Below, piece by piece: positions 48,601 to 64,000 of a DNA stretch of 64,000 nt. The stretch is from assembly GCF_052425735.1 (NCBI RefSeq), contig NC_135762.1, forward strand, positions 27,652,001 through 27,716,000, in the 5' to 3' direction. Every line of letters begins with the position of its first letter. Positions within the stretch are counted from its first letter, which is position 1. Both the position numbers and the translations under genes were made by a program. The notes under the pieces were generated by a model that worked only from the letters and a program-made list of their open reading frames with translations, did no database searches and was not told the DNA's origin. Source of the DNA: Oculina patagonica (taxonomy: Eukaryota).

Positions 48601-49381
48601 ACAAAGAACAAATCAGCAATTACCCCCCTGCCCCATTACAATGTTGTGTAGCTTGAAAAAAATGCCTTCTGGTACCATCTATTTTGCAACATTGGTTTTG
48701 GGGGAAGGGAGTTCTCAATTTTTGAGAATTTGTAACAGAATGTCATGTTATACTTGTTGAAATGAGTCTTCCAAGGAATTATGGCACGGATTGTAGTACT
48801 TATCCCACCCTTGAGGGGGTACAGTTTATACTCTTAGTTACTCAATGGTAGAACAGAGGTTAGTATACCTTCACTTTTTGAGTGTCGAAAGTTAATTCCC
48901 GCGTTTGCTTTGGTTTTGCATTGCTACACATTAGTGATTGGCTTAAAAATCTCGTGCCACTTTCTCAGCCAATCACAACTAAAACCAAAACCAATCGTGA
49001 CTCGCTCGCGCACGTTTTCCCGCGCTTTGTGCCGGCTACATGTATTTGCTTCGAGTTTTGATTGGTTCACTGGATTGTCTGTGTCCAATTTGTGATTGGC
49101 CTTTAGGGGTAATTACTTTGGTTTTGGTTTTACGACACTCAAATGAAACCTGCTCTAGCATGGTATGAAAGGCCAGGTATAGGTTAGTACCTGCCTAATG
49201 GACCACAAGACTGAATGCAGCAGTGAAATAATGAAAGACTTTTTACTGTCTATTTTCAGAGAGCTCCAGTGTTTCTGGCTCTGGCCGCGTGCTTCATGTC
49301 AGCGCAGAAATGAACTGGGAAAGAGAAGGTCAATCCAGCTCAACATCAAACTTGGTTGAACATCCTAACCTGAGGGCTTAA
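43039..49381 (+). CDS. PA-TM-RING-H2 E3 ubiquitin ligase (RNF130/RNF149/RNF150/Goliath family), 406 aa
   Basis: Exons 43039-43737, 44518-44583, 45394-45476, 47538-47631, 48177-48333 and 49260-49381. Motifs: [56 protein letters not shown]...[26 protein letters not shown]. Confidence 0.95.
45619..45773. other. Assembly gap (N run)
   Basis: Run of n. Confidence 0.99.
46341..47151. mobile_element. Tc1/mariner(pogo)-type MITE
   Basis: TA|CAGTCGAACCTCGATTATCCGGAC...GTCCGGATAATCGAGGTTCGACTG|TA. Confidence 0.85.
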
Positions 49382-50088
49382 CAACATTAGCCATTGTTTA
49401 TTAGAATATTGTATTGAATCATTAGAACAGGGGTGCATGTAAATAGGTGGACATCTTACTCAGTAGAAAGCTGGTTGTTACGTGAAGCGATACTGTGCAT
49501 GCACAGCGTAGATAAGCCACGACGACTTGTAGTTCAGTCGTCAACATCTTTCTCCGAAGGCAAAGACCTGTCTAACGCAGGTAAACCGAGCTGACTCCCA
49601 TTTTGTGCATGTTGGAGAAATTTTTCCTCTCTTTTTTTCTAAATATGTCCTTGAGGCTCACACTGTTTTGTTTTACATCATTGATGCTTTTTATTTTGTA
49701 TAAATTTCCAGATATGTTTGTGCTTTCTCCAGCTATAGTACACAAAAACCAAAATTTATGTTATAATTCCTCATTAGACCTTTTTTTATTACAACACTCA
49801 TCAAGTACTCAGGTTTGCCATTTTGAAGTGATAAAGGTTTTTATTACAGCTTTTAAAAAACAAAAATTCTCATTTTGGTGAGTGTTTCAACAAATTGAAA
49901 AGATCAATGTTTGACGAGTATTTTTAAAAATGAAGGTATTGTATCAGATTCACCACAAATGGTGATCATCATAGAAAAGGAATTAGGTATAAGATTGGAA
50001 CAAAATTTCCCAAAGAGAATTGTAGAAAATGTACATTGAACATTACTGTTAGAAATTTTTGCAATAACTTTATTATTTTGGCCTATTA

Positions 50089-50257
50089 CAGCAAGGCGCC
50101 CAAATGTGTGACCACTTTTAATTTATTCACATTCTTTCGTGCAGATTTAATCCAATCAGAAGTCAACTGCAAGCTATCCACAGCTTTTGATTGGATTAAA
50201 TCTGCACGGAAGAATGTGAATAAATTAAAAGTGGTCACACATTTGGGTGCCTTGCTG
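50089..50257. mobile_element. Foldback MITE with near-perfect ~75-bp arms, downstream of the RNF stop
   Basis: CAGCAAGGCGCCCAAATGTGTGACCAC... / ...GTGGTCACACATTTGGGTGCCTTGCTG, TA-flanked. Confidence 0.85.
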
Positions 50258-50307
50258 TAAAGGGTACTAGATTATTTTAGGAGACTTGATTTTTGGAGAA
50301 TTTATTT

Positions 50308-50483
50308 ACAGGCGACGCGCACCGGCCACCACCTTACACTGCACGGAATTATACGTTTTCACTGCGTTTGGTGAAAAAACGATGAAAAGACATGACGTAT
50401 CACTTTGCAAGGAGACGTGCGCAAACAAAAAAATTACGAGAGCGAAAAGTTTGTTGGGTGGCCACGGTAGGCGCGTCGCACTG
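50308..50483. mobile_element. Small TA-flanked TIR element
   Basis: CAGGCGACGCGC...GGCCACC / GGTGGCC...GCGCGTCGCACTG. Confidence 0.6.
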
Positions 50484-51314
50484 TAAACTGAGTCCTATGA
50501 TTTTACTGGTTTTGTGGAAACTCTGGGAACAATGACTCAATCAGATTAGATCAAGAGAGATAAACCTTAAGATCAAAGTGTAGTTAAGAAGTCTGTTTTG
50601 CAGTCTAATTTAGTGTATATTTTTTAACAAATCAGCTAGCATACCACTTAATAAGATTTTATTGAAAAATACTCTCTGATTAGTGAAACTTTGTACTTCA
50701 AGTTCCAATTCTAAGTAACAGGCCATGACTTTTAACTCTTACAAGCTACAAGAATATCTATAAAGAGTGAAGGGAGACTATAGCAAGAGAGTTCATCTAT
50801 GGTCACTTTCGGCTAAGATTGGTGCACATTTTAAAATGAATACAAAATTAATTTATGTCGACTGACTGCAATATTGAGATTGTCTGAGAAAGTCAGTTTT
50901 TGACAGTCCATGGTGAAAGAACATCACTTTAAATCATCATCTTCATAATTCATCCCAACCACTGTTTCACATCTTCAAGCTTTTCAATTTTTTGGCATTA
51001 ACAATAATAACTTGTTTGTATTTATTATTGTTTTAGGGGCCAAAACTCTGAAAAGCTGGAAAATATGATTCATGAAAAACCTTTAATGTGTAAAAAAGTG
51101 ATAGAATATTTTGAACTTCTTGAAGAAATTGATTGTTGCCCAGAAAACTGAGTGATTTTATGTATTCAAGTCTTATTTTATATACAGCAGAATCTCCATT
51201 TCTTGTATCCTCGATTTCTCAAACCTCTTGATAACTCAAACCAGAAATGGATTCCCTCCCTCAGTCAAACACTACAATTCTATCCCAATTTTCCCTTCCC
51301 CACTTTGTCAGTAG

Positions 51315-51590
51315 GTGTGGTGGCCTAGAGGTTAGTGCCCTGGACTCTTGGATCGAGTGGTTCGGGTTCAAGCCCAGGCTGAAATAAATGCTTTGTTTTC
51401 TTGGGCAATGAGCTTTTCTTTCGCAGTGCCTCTCTCCACCCAGGTGTATAAATGGGTACCGACAAATTTAATGCTGGGGGTAACCCTGCAATGGACTAGC
51501 ATCCCACACGGGGGAGTAGAAATACTCCTAGTTGCTTCATGCTACTGAAACTGCTGGCCTGAGAGGCCACTTGGCTCGAACACAGCATTT
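51315..51590 (+). mobile_element. Near-full-length CORE-like SINE (family C)
   Basis: tRNA-like head GTGGCCTAGAGG...GGTTCAAGCCC, family core and 3' tail. Confidence 0.75.
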
Positions 51591-53149
51591 ACCTTCCTTC
51601 CCGATGTATCCTACCCTTTTGTTTCCCTCAGAGGCTTGAGAAATGGAGATTCCTCTGTATGTGATGACTGAGTAGTAATATTAATCTGAGTTATAAGATA
51701 CTGCCTGCAGAGCTATAGATAGTTCCATACCCTTACGCCCCCTAGACTAGTCAACTTGTAACAAATTCTCCTTGGTAGTCTCCGTATATTTCTTTTAGCA
51801 CTAATATTTGCAAGAAATTTGTCAAATATTGTGAGAAAGTTTAGACTTCTCTCCATAAAAAATAAGCTGTTTATGTGAGTGGAAAAATTATTTTATGCAG
51901 ATCAATCTAGGGGCTTAAAGAATGTAGGGTAGTTTAAATTTAATGTAATTTCTTCCTTTAGTGTAGGCCGCTTGTAAATAGATGGGGAAGAAAGTATAAA
52001 TTTACCTGTTGTCCACAGAATTGTATGCTAAATGCAAATAAATGTACAAACTGTTTGGTATTTACCTTATGTCTGTTGTTCTGCCCCATTCATGAAATGG
52101 GTAGTGCCAGAAAATAACCACACCCCTCCCGTGGAATGTGAGTGCCTTTTTTTTTTTTTGGTTTTATAACCAGAAACCCATGGGTTTCTGGTATAACACC
52201 CCACCGCTCTTTGACTGGAAATTCCAGTTTAGCTTCATGACCTTCCTTGGGGAATGGATATTTCCAGAAAATGCGCAATATCAATTTTCTTTACCATTTG
52301 GAAAACTGATAAAGCATCTTCAAAAGAAAAGTAATAAACTTAGAAGAATAAAGAACGGCAGTGTTAGAGTGATTTTACTAAACCCGTGAAATAGTTAATA
52401 CGTTTTTAGACACTAATTCCATTTTTTTCTTTTGTTTTAATAGTGGCCTTTAGCTTTGACTATAACGCACAAACTGTTAGATATTGTTTCACGGATGAAA
52501 TGAAATCACTTTATTCTATACTATTTTTATACTTTTTAGAACAAATGCACAATATCTATGTCCTCTATGAGACGTGTCTGCAGGGAATCATAAGTTAACT
52601 CAGCAATAGGAACAGCACCGTTTTTCCAGTACTGTCAATGGACCAATCAGAGAAATGCACAGAATCCTGTCGAGACGTTTAGCCCTGCGGAAATCCATGC
52701 CTCTGGTTGCCAGGGCCTACGAACTAAACACAGCTGCAGCATAAACATTGCAGAAACATTTGTTTTCCTGTTCTAGCCTCAAATGAATCACGTACCAGAA
52801 GCGTAAAATGTTTTTGATATGCTGATTATCCGAAACATGTGCTTCCTGGTGGCTAGACAGGGAAACATTTGTTTCCGCAAAAGTGCTTCATTTGCCTGTA
52901 GCCTTCCGAAAAATCTGCAACGAAAAACAACTTACATAAGAATAAAAAAAAGAAAGAGGTACATTTTTTGTTTTATAGGTGTGAGGATGTAGTAGAGTTC
53001 TGTTATTCTAGGTCAGTCCAGGGGGGGGGGGGGGGGGGGGGGAAAAATAAAAAGTTGGTGCGTTAAAGAGCTAAATATTGGATCAGAAAGAGGTCTGGGT
53101 ACCATTAACATATTTCAGAAAGGGGACTGGGTACCATTGACAAAACAAG

Positions 53150-56825
<3,676 letters not shown>

Positions 56826-58743
56826 AATGAGGAAAAATGTGACAACCCAAATCGGTGGCATCAACTTGGAAATGTGATCTAGCATTTGAAAGACAATGAA
56901 CCTATTGAGAGAGCTGATGGTGTCATGTTACCTTAATTCACTGAGCTACAAGTTCAGTCATTTGCAGTACCAGTGGTTTAGAAGGAATAGTGGAATGCAA
57001 AGCAAGAATATCCCGCAAGGTCACCCAGTATGTATTCATGGTTGCAAAGCCTGTTAGTTGCACACTTCATTCTGTAATTTTATGACATGCAAAACTGAAT
57101 GACTTGAATGACTAATACTGAAGGTTCCTGATACATGAATCTTATTGTATTGGTTGTATCCATTTTTTGTATGACAGTCCTTGTTCTTCTCTGCTAGGTG
57201 AAACTGTGCCCGCAAGGTTAATTTAAGTTTTATAAACCCTGTGCTAAGCTTTGTAGTAGGGAAAACTTAACATTGTGGCATTTGTTTCCGTGAACATGGT
57301 ACCATTCTGTTAAAGGAAGAATAATTTACAGATCTGCTGTTTGCTATGATCTTTCTTGATTGATGGAATGGAAGACTTTTGTTCTAAAGTGAGCCTTGCC
57401 ACTCAAATTTTAGTTTGCAAGGAAACACTTACCCCATATTTTATTAGCAATTTTTATTTATTACACTTTTTAATCTTCACTTAAACCAATTCTCCCGAGT
57501 TTTGCACATGTGTACTCATGTGCATCCGTTTTGGCTCACTACACAATGCTTTTGGAAGTGTTGCGTGACAGCTCATCAGCTCATTGAACCTCACAATGTT
57601 CATCATACTTCTGGAAAAAGTGTTGCATGACGACTTAACAGCTAATTTAAACGAGGCCGATATCATTCTACTTATACAGCGTGCTATATGTATTTTACAA
57701 ATAACTCTGAAAGAAACTTATAGAGTCAGTAACGTTACGCTGATTGTACGCTGAAAAAGAACTAACAGCAGTGACTTTTTTAATTTAATAAAGATTTTGT
57801 TACATATTGTGTCTGTTGACAAAGTACACGTGTTGATACCCTGGAATCTTGTGGTTCGTTTATGCCACACAGGGGGGATCCAGGATTTTTCTTAGGAGGG
57901 GGTGCACCATAATGGCATGGCGTAACTGATGACTTCTTTTGCATGATACTAGTTGTATTAGAAATCGGTAGGCCATCTGGGGGAGGGGGGGGGGGGGTAG
58001 CACCCCCTGTACCCTCCCCCGAGATCTGCCGCTGTCACAGACTCACTAACTCATTTTAAGAACCTGTTAGCCTGGTCTGCACAAACAAATGAAAGACCCA
58101 TTGTTTTTAGCACAGCTCGGGACTTGTACGCCCGCACAGATTACCCAGGTAAACAACAAAGAAAAAATGCCCCTTTCCATTTCTGTTCACAAAAAGAAGT
58201 TTCCACCAGTGTCGGCGTTTTCGCGTAATAATAATAGTAATAATAATAATCATCATCATCATCAGTCGTCGTCATCATCATCATCATTTACATATCCGAA
58301 CGCATCGAGTCTGATGCGTTTGGCTAAAAATGCGTATAACTTCCTGGGGCTGCACCGAAATTTTTAAATTGTTCTCTCTCCTAACCTTCCTCGTTTTTAC
58401 TGCGATGCTTAACGACTGGAGGAGTCCAGCTTCACTCCAACTGGGGTATATTCTAGATTTTCTTGCTCTTTGCATTTAATTTCACGTAAATGTTTTACAC
58501 CTAGAGACCCAACCAATAAAAAGCCAATTGTGCGCGGAGCTGTTTCATAATAGGGTTTTAGAACGTGTAGAAAGCGCGCCAGAGCGCGCGCAGTAGATCG
58601 AATTCCTTGTGACGTGCACTCTATGGTCTTTGTTACGTCATGTCCTAAAGTTAAAATTATTGTCTTGTCGGTAGCCTGAGTTGCTGAGCTATAAACAGGA
58701 AGTTGGACGTTTAAAAATCTATTCAACAATTCTAAATTTCACG

Positions 58744-59313
58744 ATGTCGCTTCAGCATGATTCTGCTTCGGAAGCCGAGATGTGGGACCAACATGATATC
58801 GACCAATCATCTACGAGCAACCTTGCGCTGGAAGCTGCAGCTAACTCCAATGAAAGTGTAGAACAAGATTTCGATTCCTTACCCCTAGAAATGGATGATA
58901 TTATGTGTAAAGAATCGGACCACGCCCAGCTGGAAAATGACTTTACAATGTACGAAAAATTGACAATGCTACAAGACACTTTCAAAACTGTTGGCGGAGA
59001 CCTGGATGAAATCAAGACCTTAATGTTTAAGCTACGCGATGTGTTAAAAACAGACGGAGATGAAGAACTTGGTTGTGATAGTAAGCAGAGGCATGGCTGT
59101 TCTGGGGAAAGTTCTAACGACATTTCAGTAATAGAAGAAAACGAAGCCTCTATGCAAGATTTGCCGCTATTACAAAATGGAGATAAGTTGAAGTGTCCCA
59201 CAAGAGAGAGTTCGACTGAATCAATGGACGACTGTAAATACTCCACTCTTATTGCAGATATTGAAGTTTTGAAAAACAAACTTGTCTCACTCAAGAGAAA
59301 TCTTGCAGAATAA
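58744..59313 (+). CDS. Uncharacterised acidic protein with predicted coiled-coil segments, 189 aa, intronless
   Basis: ORF MSLQHDSASEAEMWDQ...LIADIEVLKNKLVSLKRNLAE; TATAAA at 58690; AATAAA at ~59408. Confidence 0.55.
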   Translation: MSLQHDSASEAEMWDQHDIDQSSTSNLALEAAANSNESVEQDFDSLPLEMDDIMCKESDHAQLENDFTMYEKLTMLQDTFKTVGGDLDEIKTLMFKLRDVLKTDGDEELGCDSKQRHGCSGESSNDISVIEENEASMQDLPLLQNGDKLKCPTRESSTESMDDCKYSTLIADIEVLKNKLVSLKRNLAE

Positions 59314-59534
59314 TTAAGTTTCTTTTCAGTCGTCATTATCACATTGAAACAAAAAATTTGTACTAGTTTATCAAAGAGCAAAGACATATTTTCATCATTG
59401 AAATAATAATAAATATGGCGCGAGTACGGCGTTATTTCAGTGAAAAGCTGAGAGAAAAGACTACATGCAGAATTAGTTTTATGTTGTTGTTGTTTTTACA
59501 TTCACGTAAATTAGTACTTATTTTTTCTCTCTCG

Positions 59535-59670
59535 CCGGTACCCATTCATACATCTGGGTGGAGAGAGGCACTGTGAAAGTAAAGTGTCTTGCCCAAGAAT
59601 ACAACGCAATGACCCCGCCCAGGGCTCGAACCCAGACCGCTCGATCCGGAGTCCAGCGCCCTAACCATAA
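59535..59670 (-). mobile_element. CORE-like SINE (family C), 5' part
   Basis: Family core and B-box on the minus strand. Confidence 0.7.
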
Positions 59671-59700
59671 GGACCCATATGGCCAACACTTCTCCCAGAG

Positions 59701-60060
59701 TTCATCATCATCATCATCATCATTTATTTGCCACTTCAAAATTAAACATACAAATTAAAATAACTTAAAAAGATAGGGCGAGGAGACCTCCAAGAAACCA
59801 CAAGGCTTATGAGGGAGGCCACATCGGGTTAGCAATAAGTTTGTAATTTCGCTGTGAATGTGCAGCTAGGCCAATTTCAGACTCATTTTATTAGAAATTT
59901 AATCATTTTTTCTTAAAAGAAGAGAAGCTACTCGAACCAGTGATCGATTCTGGTAGAGAATTCCAAATTTTAGGACCCTGGAAAAGTATTGTAAACTGCT
60001 TTAGATTTGTACGACAGTGATGTGGTCGATAACACTTGGCTATTATTGTATCATAACTGA
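59701..60060 (-). mobile_element. CR1/L2-type LINE 3' fragment with (ATG)n tail
   Basis: Translation CRTNLKQFTILFQGPKIWNSLPESI; AATAAA followed by GAT repeats. Confidence 0.75.
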
Positions 60061-61873
60061 CTACTAGTAGAAAACAAGTTCAACTAGAAGTGACACATTT
60101 TCTCTCAGGATTTGGTCAAAATTAAATGACGGCCTCCAATTATACAATCAAACTCCGTCGACTCTCGATTCTATTACAACAGGCAACAAAGGGTAATTAT
60201 GTCGAGAAATCGGTTCTGCATGCAGTCCCTACGCGGAAATCATGATCAATTGGCTGTAGGGTGGTTCTTTCTTATTAAACACTAGCAATGTTTTATTTTA
60301 ATTCCTGAGTTCTGATTGGTTAACAGGCAATGGTGTATTAGCTCATATACCATTGACCTTAAATATGGTAGCCGATACGGCGCGTCAACCAAAACAGCTG
60401 GGAAGCTAAAATATTGCATTTCTTTGGGCGTTTCTAGTTAAACATTTTTTTCACTCGCGCTTGTTGAGTATGAGATCGTTATAGCCAACTCGGCGCTAGG
60501 CGCCTCGCTCGCTATTCACCATGTCATATCCAACGCGCGCTCGTGGAATAATTGTTAAGTAGCCGATCGGGGGCAACAATGTAATGGCTTGATCCAAGCC
60601 AGTATCATTCCTTCCTTAAGGCACAAACTTATTAGTTGCGTAGGCGGGAAAATGAAACAGTTAGTTTATTATCAACAGGAAAGTAATGAAGATAAATAAA
60701 CCGAAAAATCAAATTTTGAAAAACTGACGGTTCGTGCGTTAGCCTTTATCGTAAGCTCCGACGAAGAGGTAACTCTCAAAACGGCAGCTTTTCGAAATTC
60801 GCTCCAGACTTTTTTTTATCGTTATCATGTTCCTTGTGATAATCAACCTAGTGCTTCCTCAAATAAGCCAGAAGAGGAGAGGAAAGAAGACCCTGACGTG
60901 ACGTCGACTAAGACGATTTCTAGATTGCGCACTCTGTATCGTATGTAAGTCACAAGACATAAGATACAACCAACGGCGAGACAACACGCTAGCACGTTGT
61001 AGTCTTGCTTAATTTTCGTAGTATTTTCACTTTGACTCAGAATTTGGTGCATGCGGTAATAAGCTCTTTGGATAGCAAGCAAGCTTTTATCTGCAGTTTT
61101 CAGCTTTTTAAAGTTTCCCACAAACCCACGCCGAAGGCAATTAAGATTTATTGTTGTATTTGCTAGTACCTATATTTAATTCTCTTCTTGATTATTTCAT
61201 TGTATGATCTAATCCGCAGATCAGTGTCTATCTATCAAATTTCCATTGGTTGCAAATGAAATAATCTAGTTGTTTTATGTATGGAGGAATATTTAATAAA
61301 CCCTGGTCCCAAAAAGAGCTTCAATTCAGACTCGATTCGGATCGATCTGCATCGATCCAGAATCGACCAGAATCGATCCTGGATCGACCCGGATCGATTC
61401 TGGATGGATTGTGGAGCGATCCGGAGTTTAATGCCACACGAGAAGCAGAAGCAGGCTGTCACGTTTTCTAAAAAAATGCCTCATCCTGCGATTTTTAACA
61501 ATCTGAACAGTTGAGGTTTTGCAAGAAGTCTTTATGTGAATGTGACTTGTTCATGAGGGTGATCTGACGCTTTATGTAGCAAAATTTAATACCAGATGTT
61601 TTCATTGATTTCCGGCCGTCTTGTTGAAGTATGAGCAGCTTGGCTCCAACATGGCGTTTCTGTACTGTGCTCTCTAAATTTGCGTGACAGATAACTCGAG
61701 TACAGATCGAATAACGCACAGACCTGAGACTTGGACAAGTAGTTTATATAGAAGTTTCTACAACCTGTAATATTCTTGATCTTATTGACTCAATAGTTCA
61801 GGATTTATATTTTCACGGCGTGATAGTGGCGTGTCAGTGAAAACCACCCATATTCAGATAATGCTGATGATAG

Positions 61874-64000
61874 TTTCTCGTGGTTCTCGTGGTTCTCCTG
61901 GTTTTCCTGGTTCTCCTGGTTCTCCTGGTTCTCCTGGTTCTCCTGGTTCTCCTGGTTCTCTTGGTTCTCCTGGCTCCCGTCGTTCTCCTGGTTCTCCTGG
62001 TTCTCCTGGTTCTTCTGGTTCTCGTGGTTCTCGTGGTACTCCTGGTTCTCGTGGTTTTCGTGGTTCTCCTAGTTCTCGTGGTTCTTGTGGTTCTCCTGTT
62101 TCTCATGGTTCTCGTGGTTCTCGTGGTTCTCCTGGCTCCCGTGGTTCTCCTGGTACTTGTGGTTCTCCTGGAACTCCTGGTTCTTCAGGTTATCCTGGTT
62201 CTCCTGGGTCTCGTGGTTCTCCTGGTTCTCCTGGTTTTCCTGGTTGTCCTGTTTCACGTGGTTCCCCCGGTTCTTCTCGTTCACCAATTGTAATTTTTTA
62301 ATGAACTTTCTATTGTAATTTTAGACACCTTTTTAATTGAAATTGTAATTACCTTTTACCTAGAATTATATTTATATAGATTTCTATTTATTCATGTCAT
62401 AATTCACAATTATGTACATATACACTTTTTACCCCTTTTAACCGTCTTTTATTTGTAATTTTTAAACCTTTTTCATTTCACGAGAGCGTTTTAACGAGCT
62501 ACGGCTCCTAAGCTCTTCGTGTATAAATAAATTATGTCTATGTCTGTCTATGTCTACCTGTTTTTACTGGTTCTCCTGGTTCTCGTGGTTCTGCTGGATC
62601 TGCCGGTTTTCCTGGTTTTCCTAGTTCTCCTGGTTCTCCAGAATCTGCCGGTTCTCCTAGTTCTCCTGGTTCTCCTAGTTTTCCTGGTTCACCTGGTTCT
62701 CCTGGTTCTACAGGTTCTCGTGGTTCTCCTGGTTCTCCTAGTTCTCGTGGTTAACGTGGTTCTCGTGGTTCTCGTGGTTATCCTGGTTCTACAGGTTCTC
62801 GTGGTTCTCCTGGTTATCCTGGTTCTTCCAGTTCTCGTGGTTCTTCTGGATCTCGTGATTCTCCTTGTTCTCATAGTTCTTGTGGTTCTCCTGGTTCTCC
62901 TGGTTCTCCTGTTTCTCCTGGTTTTCCAGGTTCTTCTGGTCCTCTAGGTTCTTCTGGTTCTCGTGGTTCTTCTGGATCTCGTGGTTCTTCTGGTTCTGGT
63001 GGTTCTTCTGGTTCTCGTGATTCTCCTGGTTCTCGTGGTTCTTCTGGATCTCGTATTCTCCTTTCTTTTTCTCAGTTTTTTGGTTCTCGTGGTTCTTCTG
63101 GATCTGGTGGTTCTTCTGGTTCTGTTGGTTCTTCTGGTTCTCGTGGTTCTTCTGGTTCTTCTGGATCTCGTGGTTCTTCTGGTTCTGTTGGTTCTTCTAG
63201 TTCTCGTGGTTCTTCTGGTTCTCGTGGTTCTTCTGGATCTCGTGATTCTCCTGGTTCTTCTGGTTCTCGTGGTTCTTCTGGTTCTCCTGGTTCTCCTGGT
63301 TCTCGTGATTCTCCTGGTTCTTCTGGTTCTCGTGGTTCTTCTGGTTCTCGTGGCTCTCCTGGTTCTCGTGATTCTCCTGGTTCTTCTGGTTCTCGTGGTT
63401 CTTCTGGTTCTCCTGGTTCTAGTGATTCTCCTGGTTCTTCTGGTTCTCGTGGTTCTTCTGGTTCTCGTGGTTCTCCTGGTTCTCGTGGTACTCCTTGTTA
63501 TCATAGTTCTTCTAGTTCTCCGGGTTCTCCTGGTTCTCGTGATTCTCCTGGTTCTTCTGGTTCTCGTGGTTCTCGTGGTTCTCCTGGTTCTCGTGATTCT
63601 CCTGGTTCTTCTGGTTCTCGTGGCTCTCCTGGTTCCCGTGGTTCTCCTGGTTCTCGTGGTACTCCTTGTTATCATAGTTCTTCTGTTCTCCTGGTTCTCC
63701 TGGTTCTCGTGGTACTCCTTGTTCTCATAGTTCTTCTTTCTCGTGTTCTCGTGATTCTCCTGGTTCTTCTGTTCTCCTGGTTCTCGTTGTTCTCGTGGTT
63801 CTCCTGTTCTCCTTTTCTCCTGGTTCTCCTGGTTCTCGTATTCTCCTGGTTCTTCTGTTCTCCTGGTTCTCGTGATTCTCCTGGTTCTTCTGCTCTCGTG
63901 GTTCTCGTTGTTCTCGTGGTTCTCCTGTTTTCGTGGTACTCCTTGTTCTCATAGTTCTTGTGGTTCTCCTGGTTCTCCTGTTTCTCCTGGTTCGCCTAGT
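61874..64000. repeat. 9-bp satellite (GGTTCTCCT / GGTTCTCGT / GGTTCTTCT), running off the window end
   Basis: More than 150 units in two blocks (61874-62283 and 62569-64000). Confidence 0.95.
62289..62556 (+). mobile_element. LINE 3' end with (TATGTC)n tail interrupting the satellite
   Basis: AT-rich UTR-like sequence, CACGAGAGC...GCTCTTCGTG stem, AATAAA and tandem-repeat tail. Confidence 0.55.

Noticed and set aside
58752-59387. 211-aa antisense ORF
   Set aside because: Ser/Leu-rich mirror of the + strand ORF with no independent coding signal.
61328-61425. GATCGA-rich ~11-bp repeats (and the CCGAAGA repeats at 6935-7030) as regulatory arrays
   Set aside because: Short degenerate repeats that look like TE-internal minisatellites, with no nearby gene start.
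61831-63954. Long ORFs (GSP-, LVL- and TRR-repeat proteins) read as collagen or membrane proteins
   Set aside because: By-products of a stop-poor 9-bp satellite. There is little synonymous variation, an in-frame TAA and frame-breaking units.

Overview
AT-rich eukaryotic genomic DNA with spliceosomal GT-AG introns and dense SINE, LINE and MITE insertions. The repeat families look like those of a cnidarian, probably a stony coral; that assignment is my inference. I reconstructed five spliced genes by hand: (1) an SxIP-motif/coiled-coil protein (-, 1560-4799); (2) a 17-exon AAAP/SLC36-AVT3-like amino-acid transporter (-, 9409-24229), head-to-head with (3) RPL9 (+, 25691-30197); (4) a PA-TM-RING E3 ligase of the RNF130/149/150/Goliath type (+, 43039-49381); (5) ZCCHC10 (+, 53150-56825). 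There are also three ORFs with no intron in the coding sequence: a duplicate of the ligase promoter and ectodomain that stops just before the TM helix and has a new GPI-signal-like tail (34218-34880), an MGxC/glycine-zipper protein of unknown family (38367-39401), and an acidic coiled-coil orphan (58744-59313). The window ends in a 9-bp satellite. It contains two N gaps and a low-quality homopolymer-rich stretch. The strongest novelty candidate is the PA-domain-only copy of the RING ligase, together with the glycine-zipper gene that lies between the two copies.
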